NCBI GenBank assembly: GCA_021613535.1
Contig: CP075493.1
Location: forward strand, 7,502,001 to 7,566,000
Source: Adineta vaga
Taxonomy: Eukaryota; Animalia; Rotifera
Direction of reading: 5' to 3'
DNA length: 64,000 nt
A program made the translations under genes and the position numbers. How positions within the stretch are numbered: position 1 is the first letter of the stretch; every line of letters begins with the position of its first letter. This document shows, piece by piece, positions 49,554-63,545 of this stretch. The notes under the pieces are model-generated. The model searched no databases. It had not been told where the DNA came from and worked only from the letters and a program-made list of their open reading frames with translations.

Positions 49554-50098
49554 ATGGGTAAAAAAATTGCAGAAATCGCGGATATTCCCGATGTCGATAT
49601 AGCTGAAGCTGGATGTTTCAAATATATATTAATTGAAGTACGAGATCGTGGTACAACATATGGACAATCGAAACTTGTTGTTCGTGGTGATGCATCCTGT
49701 GCTTATCATGGTAAGAAATTGAAAAAAAGAAAACATATATGATGGATATTGATTGAACTTTCTCTAGCTGATGTCTTGGATTTAATGCAAGATACAGTTG
49801 ATGATAGTAAGCTAGTATTAGATTGTAAAGGTGGTGGTCGTATTCGTGTGAATCCACAAACACGAAAAATATCTGTATATGGTTATTCAATGGTATGTAT
49901 ACTGTAATAGAAAGGAAGGAAACTAGTTCGGAAAGATATTTTCTAGGGATTTGGTCGAGCTGATCATGAGAAAACGGTAGAAATTCTACAGAAAAAGTAT
50001 CCACAATGGACAATAGAGATAACAGGTAAGATAATGAATAATAAAATCTCTTGAAAATATATATCTTCTTTCTTTTTACTCTAGACGAAGAATATTAA
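49554..50098 (+). CDS. PHPT1: 14-kDa phosphohistidine phosphatase / janus-like
   Basis: Four exons give IPDVDIAEAGCFKYILIEV...KLVVRG...AYHADV...CKGGGRI...[27 protein letters not shown]...EEY-stop. Confidence 0.92.
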
Positions 50099-51925
50099 AA
50101 TCAAGTCACGAAATACAAAATATGTATACATTCAAGAATGATCGATCGAACTTCAATGAATCTTTTCATCCTTCAACGTGCTCACTTGTGTTTGTATATG
50201 CATATATGCACAGCAAGCATTCTTTTTTTCTGTTATTATTCTATAAATAATATTAAAAGCGTACAGAAAAAAAATCTTCGCTTCTCTTTTTTTTTATCTT
50301 GTTGAATACAACGGTTATTAGCAGATACACATAATATATTATGTACATTTGCATCATGTATATTGATCATGGTCAAGGTTGAACAGACCGACGACATTCC
50401 TTCTGCCTTGACCTCCAATGTATGTTTCTGTTATATATGTATACATTCGTGTGCATACTTATTGAGGACAAAAGATAATCATTGATGACACAAAAAGAAA
50501 CCGCTTGTGTAGGAGATGAAATATTGAAATAGAACTGCGAGAGAAGAGAAAGAAATAACGAAGGTAAGTAAAAGAAAATCTACACAACTGTTGTTTTTTG
50601 TTTTGTATATGATGATTGTTGGAGAGGTTTAACCTCGAGTTCATATTACTTGCTATTTACAATAACAATAAGAATAACAACAAACTTGAAAAGAGAAATG
50701 AAATGAAAAAAGAAAAAAGAAAATAGCAAACACATTTTTTGATTCTTCATCTTGATTGTAAAAGATACATTTCCGTCATAGCTCCTGTCCTTCATTGATT
50801 ATCCATTATCTTCTCGTTTTTTTTTCCATATGTTGATTCCGATTTGTCTCGTCTAATATACTCGGTAAGAAGTAAGGAAAACTTTCGCCTCTTTCCATTA
50901 CATGCAAAGACGTGCATTTACGATATGACCTTGTAAGCGTGGTGCCACAGGGATAGAGACGGCGGCAAGAGAATGGCGACAGCTGCAAGGTCATCCTTTG
51001 CTCGGAGTCGGTCTGTTGACTGGCTGGAAAGAACTTTATGATTGCTTGATGTGTTTGATTATGAATCCTTATTGAACTCGTATACATGGAGATAAGTATG
51101 ATCAAAAGTTTCATTAATATGATGTGATGTACTTTTTTTTCTCTCTTCGTGTCTCGTCGATTGTCAAGGTCGTTCAAGAGAATAGTTATAACCGTATGTT
51201 GATCGAAACAAGAAACATGACGAGAAAGCGAGAGAGAGAGAGAGGAGGGGGGGGGAAGAAAAAATATAAAAAACCAAATGAAGCAAAAGGAAGAGCTAAA
51301 GTAATAAAAGTCAGTTTATACGATGTATATATTTAGGAGCAATCGAGTATTATTTACGATTCACTCATCTTTTTTCTTGATAATTTGATCCGAAAAAGAA
51401 AAGAGATGTTATCGTTAGTGAAAGATTATGCAAGTTTTTCTATTGTCTTCTATTTTCTGAACTATTTGCTAGTGTTTCGCTTCCAAGTATCATTTAATCG
51501 TTAGCATCAATAAGGAAACGACATGTTGTGTAATTTTTCTCGTTTATTAATGTAAAGATTATTGAATTGGTGAAGTTCTCTGTAGAAATTCTTCTTCTTC
51601 TTCTTCTTCTTCTTCTTTTTTTCTTATCTCGTTCATTTGTTTTTCTGTTCTACTATTCTGATAACTATCAATCCCTAACGATCGCAGATTTTGCAGAAGA
51701 ACAAGAGGAAAAAACGACGACTATGGCCTTCTCTAATTGCTACCAGCGGGGCTTTTCGTAGTCCCATCAGAAAAAGAAGAAGACGACAACAAAAAAAAAC
51801 AACAAGAAGGAAAAAAAGAGAAAAAGAAAAAGAAACCTAGTCGTTGTCGTTCTTCTCGTCTTCTATTTCTGCTTCTTCTTTTCCTCACTGTCTGTATTTG
51901 CCATTATTTCAGAAATATTTTCAGG

Positions 51926-52903
51926 ATGCCGTCACCATCGCCGCCGGTTCCTGCTCCCCGAAGTGTCTCAGTCTCGTCACTCAATTTTAAATGTCCAGAT
52001 AATGAGAAACAGGATTTCATGGATGATATTGTTACATTTAATATCGGTGGACATATTTATTCAACAACACGTTCTACAATCAATGGAAATGTTGATGAAC
52101 AGTCATTCTTAGCTTTAATTATCCGAAATCAAACAACGACTCGGTTAGATCATCATGGTCATTATTTTATTGATCGAGATGGTACCTATTTTCGTCACAT
52201 ATTAAATTATTTTCGTGATCAAAAATTATGTTTACCAGAAAATTTTCAAGAATTAAAACAACTTTGTTCCGAAGCGAAATTTTATCAAATCGATCGATTA
52301 ATAAATGAAATTGAAAATCGTTTGAATTCAGTTAATGAACATACAAAAAAACTTGAAATTGGTTTAAATTTTACATTAATATCAAATTTAAATCAAGGTG
52401 GACGAATATTAACACTAATTGGTCCATTAAAACTAATACGTTTATTTCAAATCGAAACTATTGGTAAACAATTTCTAAAAATTATTACAAATTTTACTGA
52501 TCCAGCTAACATCTCATGTCAATGTACATTTCCATTAGATGATAAACTTATTTCTTGTCAACCATTCGATCAATTACAACGTCTTGTACTTGCTAAACAA
52601 GCGAGAAAAATGGGTTTAGCTGTTAGTTATTCGGATGATTATTTTTATATTCCAATTGAACGTTCAATTATGTTAAGAGATGAATTTGCACATCTTTTAT
52701 TAAATAATTATTCAGCAAAATTATTACATACAAATATAACTTATGAGAAAACTTCTCATGTTAATCATGATGATGGATCATATACTCTAGTCGAAAATTG
52801 GTTTCTACCAAATGTATCACTTGCTAAATGTGAAGAAACAAATGGATTAGTTCCACGAGAAGATAATATTTATTTAAATCGTAGTATGACAGATGGATTT
52901 TAA
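51926..52903 (+). CDS. KCTD-family BTB/POZ (T1-type) domain protein
   Basis: DIVTFNIGGHIYSTTRSTI...YFIDRDGTYFRHILNYFRD..LCLPENFQELKQLCSEAKFYQI. ATG at 51926 follows a TTTCAG acceptor; the longer ORF-track start lies in low-complexity sequence. Confidence 0.88.
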   Translation: MPSPSPPVPAPRSVSVSSLNFKCPDNEKQDFMDDIVTFNIGGHIYSTTRSTINGNVDEQSFLALIIRNQTTTRLDHHGHYFIDRDGTYFRHILNYFRDQKLCLPENFQELKQLCSEAKFYQIDRLINEIENRLNSVNEHTKKLEIGLNFTLISNLNQGGRILTLIGPLKLIRLFQIETIGKQFLKIITNFTDPANISCQCTFPLDDKLISCQPFDQLQRLVLAKQARKMGLAVSYSDDYFYIPIERSIMLRDEFAHLLLNNYSAKLLHTNITYEKTSHVNHDDGSYTLVENWFLPNVSLAKCEETNGLVPREDNIYLNRSMTDGF

Positions 52904-53856
52904 TTTGTTGTTTGGATTATTTTTATTTAGATGGTGGATTTGACAATCGTTTTTTTTCTCTTTGTTTTGATTTACAAAAAACTATATATATATTTACCTG
53001 TGTGTCTATTGGAGATCATCAGATATAGAATCAAAAATATATCAAAATCAGATTTTTTTAGAATATATGAAAATTTAATCTGCTTGTTTTTTGTCTCCTC
53101 ATATCACTACATATTAGTAATTACTAATGTTGCACAAGTCATGTCTCGGAAATAGATAACTGAATTTTGATACTTATCGTGGTTGTCATTGATATATAGC
53201 CGAGAATTCTACTATGACTATTCGAGCATGCTTGTTAGGATATCATATGCAAGAAAGGAGTGATTGAAAAACTTGTTGTATCTTTCAGTTATTTAATTTT
53301 CCTGAAGGTTCGATGTTCTGTTGTTTATTTATCATTGATATAAGATATTTTCATTTCCAATGATTCGATAGAAAATAGCTTGATGCATACCAATGCCATC
53401 TAAATACGAGACGACATGAGTGTTGACAACAGATTTCTACAATTGACATTGAATTACAACAGCCTCGTATTGATGTCGTTCGATGACATTTTTTTTTACA
53501 AATGTTCTAATCGACTGTTTGAAACACTATCACTTATTTTCGCCTACGGAATTTCTAGTTGATCGATGGATTCTTTCGTATTTATTTACAAAATTGAAAA
53601 TAGGTTTTTCTCTTAGAGCAAGATTATTTTCTCTCATTGATATGAACTCGAATCTTATATTCCAAAATAATAATAATAATAATAATAATAAAGCATAAAA
53701 AAAACTTGTGAAAAGAAAATAAAATCAGGGGAAAAAAGTAAGAAAGGCAAATGGTAGAAGCAAAATAAGTTTTTCAAAGCAAAAGCACACAGATGAAGAA
53801 GAAAAAAAACAAGAAGAATTGTTTGTTTGTTTGTTTATTTCATTTCATTCAAAAAT

Positions 53857-54962
53857 TTAAATGCAATCTTTGCATAAAATTAAATTTCCATCTTGATAGA
53901 AACTTTCTTCTGCAATACATTTCTATATGAAAAGAATCATATTGAGAAATCTAAATGAAAAATTCTGACTTTCTACCTGACATTTCGAACATGTAAAACA
54001 TTCCTTATGCCAATATTTATCTTCAAATTCTAGATATTCTACATCGGCAAGAATCGCTTTCTGACAACGACTACATCGTTTTGCATGTTTATCTTCATAA
54101 CAATTAACACAACATGGTTGACCATCGACCATTGAAATCTTTGATTGAGCTGATATTGGTTGTTTACATGTCATACCTTTACAGAAGAGAAAATCAAACA
54201 AATCAACAATCGTTCTTCGATTTAATTCGATGAATTCTTTCTGATTGAAATGAGAAATTCTTAATTTTACATACATACGAAACAAGCTGCATGGTACGAT
54301 GCACCACCGAATGTAATACCAGCAGATGTAATTACTGAACCACATTTACCACAACGTTTACGTGGAAAACGTGTTTCATGACATGCTGCACATAAATAAT
54401 CATTATTAAATGGATAGAATTGTGATGTAATTGCTTTTCGACAATCAGCACAAGCAAAACAATCCGGCTAGAAAGATAAATATTTCTTTTCTTTTTTTTC
54501 ATCTTTTTTTATATGACAAACGTACATGATACTGTTTTCCATCGAATTCTGTGATACCTTTACAAAGAATTATTTGATTAATATGAAAAAATCAATAAGT
54601 ATTCTTACGAGATCCTGCTGGAAATGCATTTGTACATTTTGTACATACACTAAAAAAAAGAAAGAAGAAGAAAATTTGTTTTTCTAATCTGACTCAGCAT
54701 GTAATGATTTGTTGAGTGTTATATGAGATATAACGTTTTTCTAATTAAAGTCGATTCATTCAATCATTAATTTAGTTTGTACGTCTTCGAGTTAATTTAC
54801 TAATACTATTAATAGATTTTTCCGAAAGACAAATATCCTGGAGTGTCATCGCTTCCTTTTCTTTCAAAATCAGATTAAATCTCTCGATTAACTTGGAATT
54901 TATAATAGTTATGAATAATGATTATTGTTGTTTTCTCTTGAGTTCGATTTAACATACCTCAT
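53857..54962 (-). CDS. LIM-only protein with three LIM domains (FHL/limpet-like)
   Basis: ATGAG|gtatgt first exon splices to VCTKC...YHPDCFACADC...CAAC; RCGKC...YHAACFVCMTC...CVNC; RCSRC...WHKECFTCSKC...CKDC-stop. Confidence 0.88.
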
Positions 54963-56663
54963 TTTTGTAAAGAGAAATGATAATTTGATGAAAATGAAGA
55001 AGAAGAAAATGTAGATAAGACGATGTTCTTGTGGTTGTTACTACAACTAATTCTTCGTCTAAAATGAAAGCATAATAATATAAATAAGAAAAAGAAGGAG
55101 GAGAAAACGAACGAACGAACGAACGGTTGGTGTGCAAAAAAACAAATCATAGCTGGATATCATCGATCTCTCGCTTGATTTATTCCTGACTACAAAACCT
55201 AAAGACGACACTCAACATGTGGTGCAGTTAGCTGTCCTAACGGCCTCATCCATCTATGTGCCAGCTCTGTCAGTCTCAATCGTAATATTTTTTTTCTCTA
55301 TCTACTTCTTCTCTCTCTCTTGTGCGCGCTTCTTCAGATTCTTGTACAAGATGCGACTGCGCGATAGAGGCATAAGCATCTCTTTCTGTCGCATCTTGAT
55401 AGATATATTTTTTCTTTTTCTCGTTTGAATAACGTACAGGAAAAACGACACAACGAGTAATATCTTCTTCTTCTTCTTCTTTTTCTTCTTTTTGTCTCAT
55501 ACCAGGAAAAACAAAGTATGAAGTATTGATAGAACAAAAACCTGCAATGCTTTTTGTTACCATCATTGAGAGAATGTATAGTATGTTCTATTCCTTTTTT
55601 TGTACAATTTCCTCTCGTTTTCTTCTTCTTCTTCTTCTTCTCCTCATTTTGGTACCAGACATCTTGTCTAATGACATTGCTTATCATGACAATACTAATT
55701 ATTATATATATATTCGCATTTGATCTGAAAAGAAAAGAACTCAAATAGAATTTATTCTCTGTAAACCAGTAATATTATTTATTCCTAATGGCTGTTATAA
55801 ATCTATACAATTGAAAGAATAACCTATGTCAGAGATCGAAAGATTAATATTTTTAATAGAGCATAACATATACTCGATAATATTACTATATAAGATGTGT
55901 CGATGAAAAAACACAAACGACAATAACAAGTGTGATACTGTATTAATAAATAGAAAGTTGACCTTTTTTTCAGCATAGACATAACGATTGAGTTTAGCAG
56001 ATCGACAGACTTATAACCTCTTTATTTTCTTGTTCTTCTTGCATACGCTTTCAATTACTATTAAACTTTGATGAGACCTGTTTAGTGTACATACAACAAC
56101 TATTCGAACAAAGATTCTATCGAACGAGTAGGAGAGAGAGAGGGAGAGAGAGGGAGAGAGACAAGAATAATCTACGAATCATTGATTTTTGAATGGAGCC
56201 ACAAATAAAAGCAAATGATTATTCGGGTGACAAATGATGCAAACATTTAGGTCTCATTTTGTGGTTGTCACCAAGATGAAAAATCTATACCCAAATCATC
56301 AAGATGTCAGTCCTATGGAAAATAATAGAGGAAAAATATATATTAATCGATCTAACAGCATTGTCAGAAGAATTCAAAGAAATATTAGTAGTTTTAATGA
56401 ATTTTTCTATATCTTATAAACTTTCTAATAGATTGCAAATCAAATCGAGAGAAGAGAGAATTTCGTTCGTTTTTTTTGTGTGTAGCATCTGTTTCGTCGA
56501 TGTTAGATGGCGTTATTGAATACAGTTACAATTGAGTAGAGAAATAAACCAATGAGAATAGAATGTCAATTACCTACTCGATCGATAGGTTCTATATGTT
56601 TATTTTCGAGCTTCTTCTTCTTCTTCTTCTTTCAATGAAAAAACTCTTTCGATTTATTTTAGA

Positions 56664-59600
56664 ATGAGCCAAATATTCATCCCTCGATCTGTTACGAATA
56701 TTATCTATACCTTTATCTGTTTATTTCTGAAAATTTCGTTTCATTCTTCAATAATTCTTCACGAAATAAATGAAGCTACCTTTCTTCATCCAACAGCGAA
56801 TTCATCATTAATTCGTTGCCCATTAAAAGTATTACATGGTGCAGATATTCAATGGTATGATGTTCTTCATCAACGATATGAACGACATCGTGGACGATAT
56901 TATCGTATTCATGGTTTGCAACCATTTCATCGAGAATTGATCTGTTCGAATAGTGTTTCAAGTGGATCCGATGTAAATAATGAACAATACAAATTCATTA
57001 TTCGTGTTTATGGTAAGAAACAGGTTTACGATTAGATCTACTGAACTCGAAATGATGGAAATAGATTATTGTATATTTGATTGAGGAAACAAGAATCAGT
57101 TCAAAGAATATACATGTTACTTTGAGAATGAGAAATGTGTTACTTGATAAATAGGACTATAATGAATATGTAGTGTCAGAAATAGTAAGAGAAATCAATA
57201 TTGGTGATAGATGAGAGAATAGATACAGAAAGATATTAAAACTACATATGATTTATCGATTGTAATTTCCTTTTTCTCGTTTTTGTTTTGTTTTGATTAA
57301 AACATTAGACTAAGAATAGTAAGGAAGTCAATAAAAAAATAGCGATGATGATTGGAAAAAAAGATCAAAGTACATTTAACAAATCAATCATTCTCTATAT
57401 CCATAGATCGTCCATTACCTATTCGACATATATCAATATCCAATGTAACAAATACACGTTTAACAATTCAATGGATCGATGATGATTACAATCGAAATGC
57501 TAATATTACTTTATATGAATTAATATTAAAGTAAATAGATATATTTCATTAATCTTTCTCAATCATTTCTTCTTCTTCTAGACATAATCATGTAATTCAA
57601 TCTCGTAGTTTTCTTAATTATACGTCATCCAGTTATACATTTTCTTCTTTAAATCCAAATACAATCTATACGATTGATTTATCCGTTGTTGACATATGGA
57701 AACGTTCAAGTAAAACACTGACAATCACCGGTCGAACCTTATCTTTAACTTCTGATGAAAAAATCTCATCACATCAAATAATTGATCCTTATCTACTTGA
57801 TCAATCAATATCATGTTATCGTCTCGATCAACAATTCTTATTAATTGAATTCAATCGTTCGAAACTTTATAATATAAATCATATTTATAATTTAACTCTC
57901 TATGATAATCAAGATCATATGTATCTAACAGATAAACTTTATTCATTTCGACAACGATTACCTGTAATGAAAAGTTTCAATTCATTTATATATCAAATTA
58001 AAAAACATATCTTACGATATAAAATGAAATTAATTATTTCAACAAATCAATCGGAATATCTCGGGTCAATATCGAAATCTTGTGATGATTTCTATCCAAT
58101 TTATTCTCCATTAACTTGCTCAATGAAATTAAGTCATATTGAAAACATCTATCAATTAACAATACATATGCAATTATTTCATAATCATAAAGATTTCATA
58201 ACATTTCAACCAAAATTTATTTTCTATCAGATAAATCGAAATCAAATGAAGAAGAAAAATATTCACGATATTCATCAAGTGAGAAGAAAAAAAGAAAAGA
58301 AAAATACTTCGTTCAAGCAGAATTTCCGTTCAGAAAGATTCTCTACATTCTATATCTTCTACTTGAGACGTTCCATTTCCGATATTCAAAAGAAACTACT
58401 TACTGAGATAATCGTTTTTGTTAAATACTCTTCGCAATTTTATTCTAGTCTATGATAGTTGATATAATTGATGTTAAAGAAAATTATTCTATCATTGTGG
58501 AAAATAATCTTCGCGATGGTAATCTCAACGATCGATTAAACATTTCAGTACTATGTTCAATAAATCGAATTGGTTAGTTTTATTCTCATAATTTACAAAT
58601 ATTTCGAAATTCATTCGTTTTAGTTTCGATTAAACGAAATAATCAAGTATTAAATGGTATTATTATTGCTCTAATTGTGTTAATTATATGTTTGACAGTA
58701 GTAGCATTTGTTGTTGCATATCAAAAGTAAAGAAATCAATGTTATAAAATATACGTATGTATTTCATTTCTTTTCTACAGAGGTTTATTACCATATTGTC
58801 GTCGTTTTTTACATCGTTATACATACGTATTTCGTAAAAATCGTCATTCAAGATCAATTCAAACACAGATGAATCAGTCATTAATTCGAAATAATCATGG
58901 TAAATTCTATTTTATATTTTGATTCAATTTGAAAATCTTCTGTTTATAGAAGAATGTGATTCAATAGCAGTTCCACTTCTACAATTTTCAACATATGTTG
59001 CAAATCTTCATAAAGATAATGATTTTGGTTTTATTCGATTATTTGAAGTAAGAAATCAAAGAATTCGTTTCAAACATATAAATGCATTGCTATTTTCTGT
59101 TGATAGGATATTTGTGAATCATCAAAAACGTATAAATTTCCTTCCGATATATCTCAAATTGAGTTTAATAAATCCAAAAATCGTTATATTAATATTTTAA
59201 CATGTAAATAGATTTGAGAAACAAAAACTAAAGATTTTAAACATTGAAGAATACTTTTCTTTCACATTTAGATGATCATTCTCGAGTAAAATTATCAAGT
59301 AATGAAAAAGATGGCAAAGGAAATTATATCAATGCAAATTATGTTGATGTAAAAGAGTTTTGAAAATTATATTTTACTAGAGTTATATGTTCTCTCTCTC
59401 TGCTGTAGGGATATAAGAAAATAAATGCTTATATTGCAACTCAAGGACCAATGATGAATACAATCAACGATTTTTGGTAGATAGATTCTATTACTGAGTA
59501 AATATTTATTTTCTTTTCTTTTCTTTTCTTAAAGGAAGATGATTTGGGAAGAAAATGTTAGTGTATTAGTGATGATTACGAATATTAAAGAAAGTGGAAG

Positions 59601-61351
59601 AGTAAGATGAATTGAAAATATGATCTTGCCCATGAATGAGATATCTTGTAGATAAAGTGTGATGTATATTGGCCATATGAAGGTACTGAAATGTATGGAA
59701 ATATTGAAGTTAGTTTGATTAGTATGACATCAATGGCTTACTATGTCAAACGAATATTTACAATTCGATGTAAAATCAATGGATTGGTATGTAGTCCGTA
59801 CATGTAGAATAGTTTAAATAATAAAGATCATCTGACGCATTGAGTTCATTAAACTTTCGACATCGTTATCTTTTTGAAAATTTAGTTTGCGGATTGCGAA
59901 CGTTTGATACATCATTTTCATTATACTGATTGGCCTGATCATGGTGTACCATTGTTTACCTTGCCTGTTCTTTCTTTTATTCGTCATTCATCATCATGTA
60001 ATCCTAAGTCAGGTGGTCCAATAGTTGTACATTGTTCAGCAGGTGTTGGTCGTACAGGAACATATATTGTTATTGATACAATGTTAAAAAAAATTCTTGA
60101 ACAACAATCATTAGATATTCCTTTATTTCTCAAACATATTCGTCAACAACGAAATTTTCTTGTTCAAACTGAAGAACAATTTACATTCATATACGATGTT
60201 CTTCTTGAAGCAGTTAATCTAGCAAATATTGATTGTAATGATTTAGATTTAAATGAAGAGAATTATCATTCAATTATTCAAATGTTAAATTGCTACGATA
60301 AGATTTTTAATTTAACACGTATTGAAAAGCAATTTCAATTAATTACTGCTCAAACGAATGAACAACAACAACCAATCATCGGGCAATTAAAAGAAAATCT
60401 AGTAAAAAATCGAACACAAGCTATTTTACCGTTGGATTCATGTCAAGTTTTACTTCCAACAGATAAACGACAAAAAGATGGAGGATATATCAATGCATCG
60501 TATATACATGTAAGAATGCTAAGACTAATAGTCATGTTTAAATCAATCATTTTAAATTCTTATCTTTTCTAGGGTTATCGTCGTGTTGATGAATTTATCA
60601 TAACTCAACATCCGATGATGAATACACGAATCGATTTTTGGCAAATGATTTGGTATACAAATGCAAATCTTATTGTATCTTTATATGGCGATGAAAAATC
60701 TCAGGTAAAATAGTTTCTTCGTTTTAGAATTGATTAATTGAGTTGAATTTTTCTAGCCTGATGTATGTGATTTTTGGCCATCAACTAATCAAATCATTGA
60801 TTGCGGACATTTCAATGTCTATTTAATCGATGAACAATTTGAATGTGAATATATTTATCGAGATTTCCTATTGAAATCTTTTTCAAAAGATAATCATCAA
60901 ATTCGAGTTCGACAAATTTCCAATACATATTGGCCAGATTCATGTTCACCGATAAAAACTTCCTTTGATCTGATTAATATTATTAAAAATTTTCAAACAA
61001 ATAATCCCATTATTGTACATGATCTCTTCGGTGGTTATCGAGCTGGTAAGTAAATCTTTTCTTTTTCCTTCTTTCTATTGATTTCAATGTAAATATAGCG
61101 ACATTTTGCGCATTGTATACAATGAATGATCAAATAGAACACGAAAGATTGTTAAATGTATACGAATTAGCTAAACTTTATCATACAAAACGACCGGGTA
61201 TATGGCGTCATAATGTAAGTAAAATAGTGTTTATTTTTGCTTCAAATCAACTCATGTACATGCATTTGCTTTGTAGGGTGATCTATTTTTTCTTTATCGC
61301 TGTGCGGAAATCCTTTTTCGTGAATATAACTCATCAACGATTTCAACCTAG
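56664..61351 (+). CDS. Receptor-type protein tyrosine phosphatase, Ptp99A/PTPRG(R5)-like
   Basis: Signal peptide, Ig-like and FN3-like ectodomain, TM ([21 protein letters not shown]), D1 with KNRY, YIATQGP, WPDHGVP and [11 protein letters not shown], and D2 with Cys replaced by Asp ([16 protein letters not shown]) as in R5/Ptp99A. The last exon end is somewhat uncertain. Confidence 0.9.
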
Positions 61352-62161
61352 AAATTTCCGAATCTTACTGATCAGTATTTTCTTCATTGAAAAAGGTTGC
61401 TTCTTTAATATAATGGAAGATTCAGGTAAACGGTTTCTCGTCACTATGGTATTTTATGTGGAACAGTATTTTTATTATTTGTTTGAGTTTGTTTTTTCAA
61501 TCTACTGTTTGTTTTTGCGTCTTTTCATATGTCAGATACAATAATATTGATCAAGATTTGATTTCTTTTGTTTTCTTTTCTATTTTATGTTGTTTTTTGT
61601 TTTCATTTTGTGCTTGTCATTAAAAGGAATGATAAAAATGTATTTCACAATTGTCTTCGTTTTTCTTCAAGATAGAATATAAGATAAAGATTTGGATTTT
61701 AGTCACCATAGTTTTATAATCCTAGAAATGAATGATGTCAACACTTTACAAATGATACTTTAATTGGAATTAAAAGAAATTTATAAAAACGCTGCTGCCG
61801 AATTCAGACTTTACATATTCAATCGAATTTCATTTTAAATAGTTAGATAGTACTACAGATACAAAGCGTTTCTTGAATGTAAAAGAAAAACTATTATTTT
61901 TATTCGGTTACCTGCAATAGAGTACGTACTTTTATCGTTATTGTTTGAAAAGTAGATTCATAACAAAAAAAAGAGAAGAAATATATCTCACCTTTTGTCA
62001 AAAACAATGTGGTACAGCTAGTAACCTTTTCGAATACAGGACAATCTATTAAAAGTTCGAAAACAAATCACCAGGTGTTGATACGGACACTCAGATATCT
62101 GATTTATATAAGCATTACCTTCTCCTTAAAGAAATTATCTTCTCATCCATATTTTTAGAAT

Positions 62162-63545
62162 ATGTCTATAGTTATAATAGAATGGAATGTTTCATGCATT
62201 TGGAATGGTACTTTAGCTGGTATTTTAATGAAAAGTAGTGAATCGAAACGCAATAAATCCAGTCTAACAACAAAAATTATTGGTATTCATGGATGGCTCG
62301 ATAATCTTAACTCACTCCTACCTCTAGCCAAACAGCTTCTCCATCGACATCCAAGTCCGATCAACATTATTTCGAAATCAAATTATATATATGTTCTTTC
62401 TCATCAATAGACTATGAAATCTACTTGTATGATCGAGCTGGTCATGGATTTTCCAGTCATCTACCGAAAGGCTTTGATTATTCTGCTATCCAGAATGCAC
62501 AAGATCTTCGTACTGTAGTTCAAAGTAAGTTTATTTGTGTACTCGACAATAAAGAGTTGATAGTATAATAAATTGTAGGTCTTGGTTGGAATAAAGAAAA
62601 GTTTTCAATCATTGGTCATAGCTACGGCGCTATACTTGGTATAATCGTAAGTAGCATGAACATCTGAATTGTGTTTGAGTTGACCGTTGTCTATTGTACA
62701 CAGTATGCGGCAAGTTATCCAGAAGAAGTATCGTACGTTGTCGCAATTGACGCTTTATTGCGTGCATCAGTACCAGTCAACTCATATTGGAAGACAATGG
62801 CTTCGAATATTGATAAAGATTTGAAATTTTTTGTTGATTTAACAAAGTCATATCCGGAAGAATTAACATTTGACAACGCAGTTGAATCGTTAGTACACAG
62901 AGAAAAATATAGTAATGACCATTGCTTCCATTTATTTTAGGATACAAAGCAGTAGACCTGGAATTACAAATGAAGCTGCTCGATTATTAACAGAACGATC
63001 TGTTCGTCGTAATGCTAGTGAGGATTTTATTCTTCTTCTTTCCCCAGAGAAGTATTTTCATTTTTGCAGATAATCAATTCTGTTTTACGCGTGATGAAGC
63101 ATTAAAAAGGGTTAGTTGTTCATAAACCATCAATAATAATATTTGTGATGTATTTAAAGTTGCCAACGTTTCCTTACACCGAGGATATCTTTCAAAATGC
63201 GATGGAATCTATGAAAGCATTTATTCTTTTTATTGGGTATGCGTTTTGATAACAAAAATGTATTAAAAATATTCGATTCCATCTTTGCAGTGCTATTAAA
63301 CCACAATGGCATAATGCATCATCAGCAGTTCCTTTATACAAACAATATTATCCACATGTATGTACTGCATACTGATCCGATTTTGAATTTTCAATCTGAT
63401 TGTTTAGTTCGAAATCACATACATAGATGGTCCACATCATTTTCATATGACACAAGTAAATGAAGTTGTTGAACGAATTGAACAATATTTCAATAAATAT
63501 CTTCATCATTCATCGATATCAACTATAGAAAATAGTAAATTATGA
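62162..63545 (+). CDS. Serine hydrolase-like alpha/beta hydrolase (SERHL/kraken-like), copy 1
   Basis: IIGIHGWLDN, DRAGHGFSSH, nucleophile GHSYG, VAIDAL and C-terminal DGPHHFHM across phase-consistent exons. Confidence 0.9.

Noticed and set aside
50875-51040. RNase P/MRP, SL RNA or SECIS identity for the structured element
   Set aside because: GTGCCACAG and GGCAAGAG echo bacterial RNase P loops, but no P4 pairing is present. No recognisable leader or Sm site, and helix geometry does not fit SECIS.
50806-51177. 123-aa minus-strand ORF over the GC-rich element
   Set aside because: Codon usage is unlike the AT3-rich genes here and there is no domain; the open frame is explained by local GC richness.
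51737-51925. N-terminal extension of the KCTD ORF given by the ORF track
   Set aside because: Starts at TTG, is low-complexity, and ends at a TTTCAG acceptor just before the ATG at 51926, so it is probably intron/UTR.
61010-61115. Cys-to-Asp change in PTP D2 as a novelty
   Set aside because: This is an established feature of R5/Ptp99A-type receptor phosphatases.
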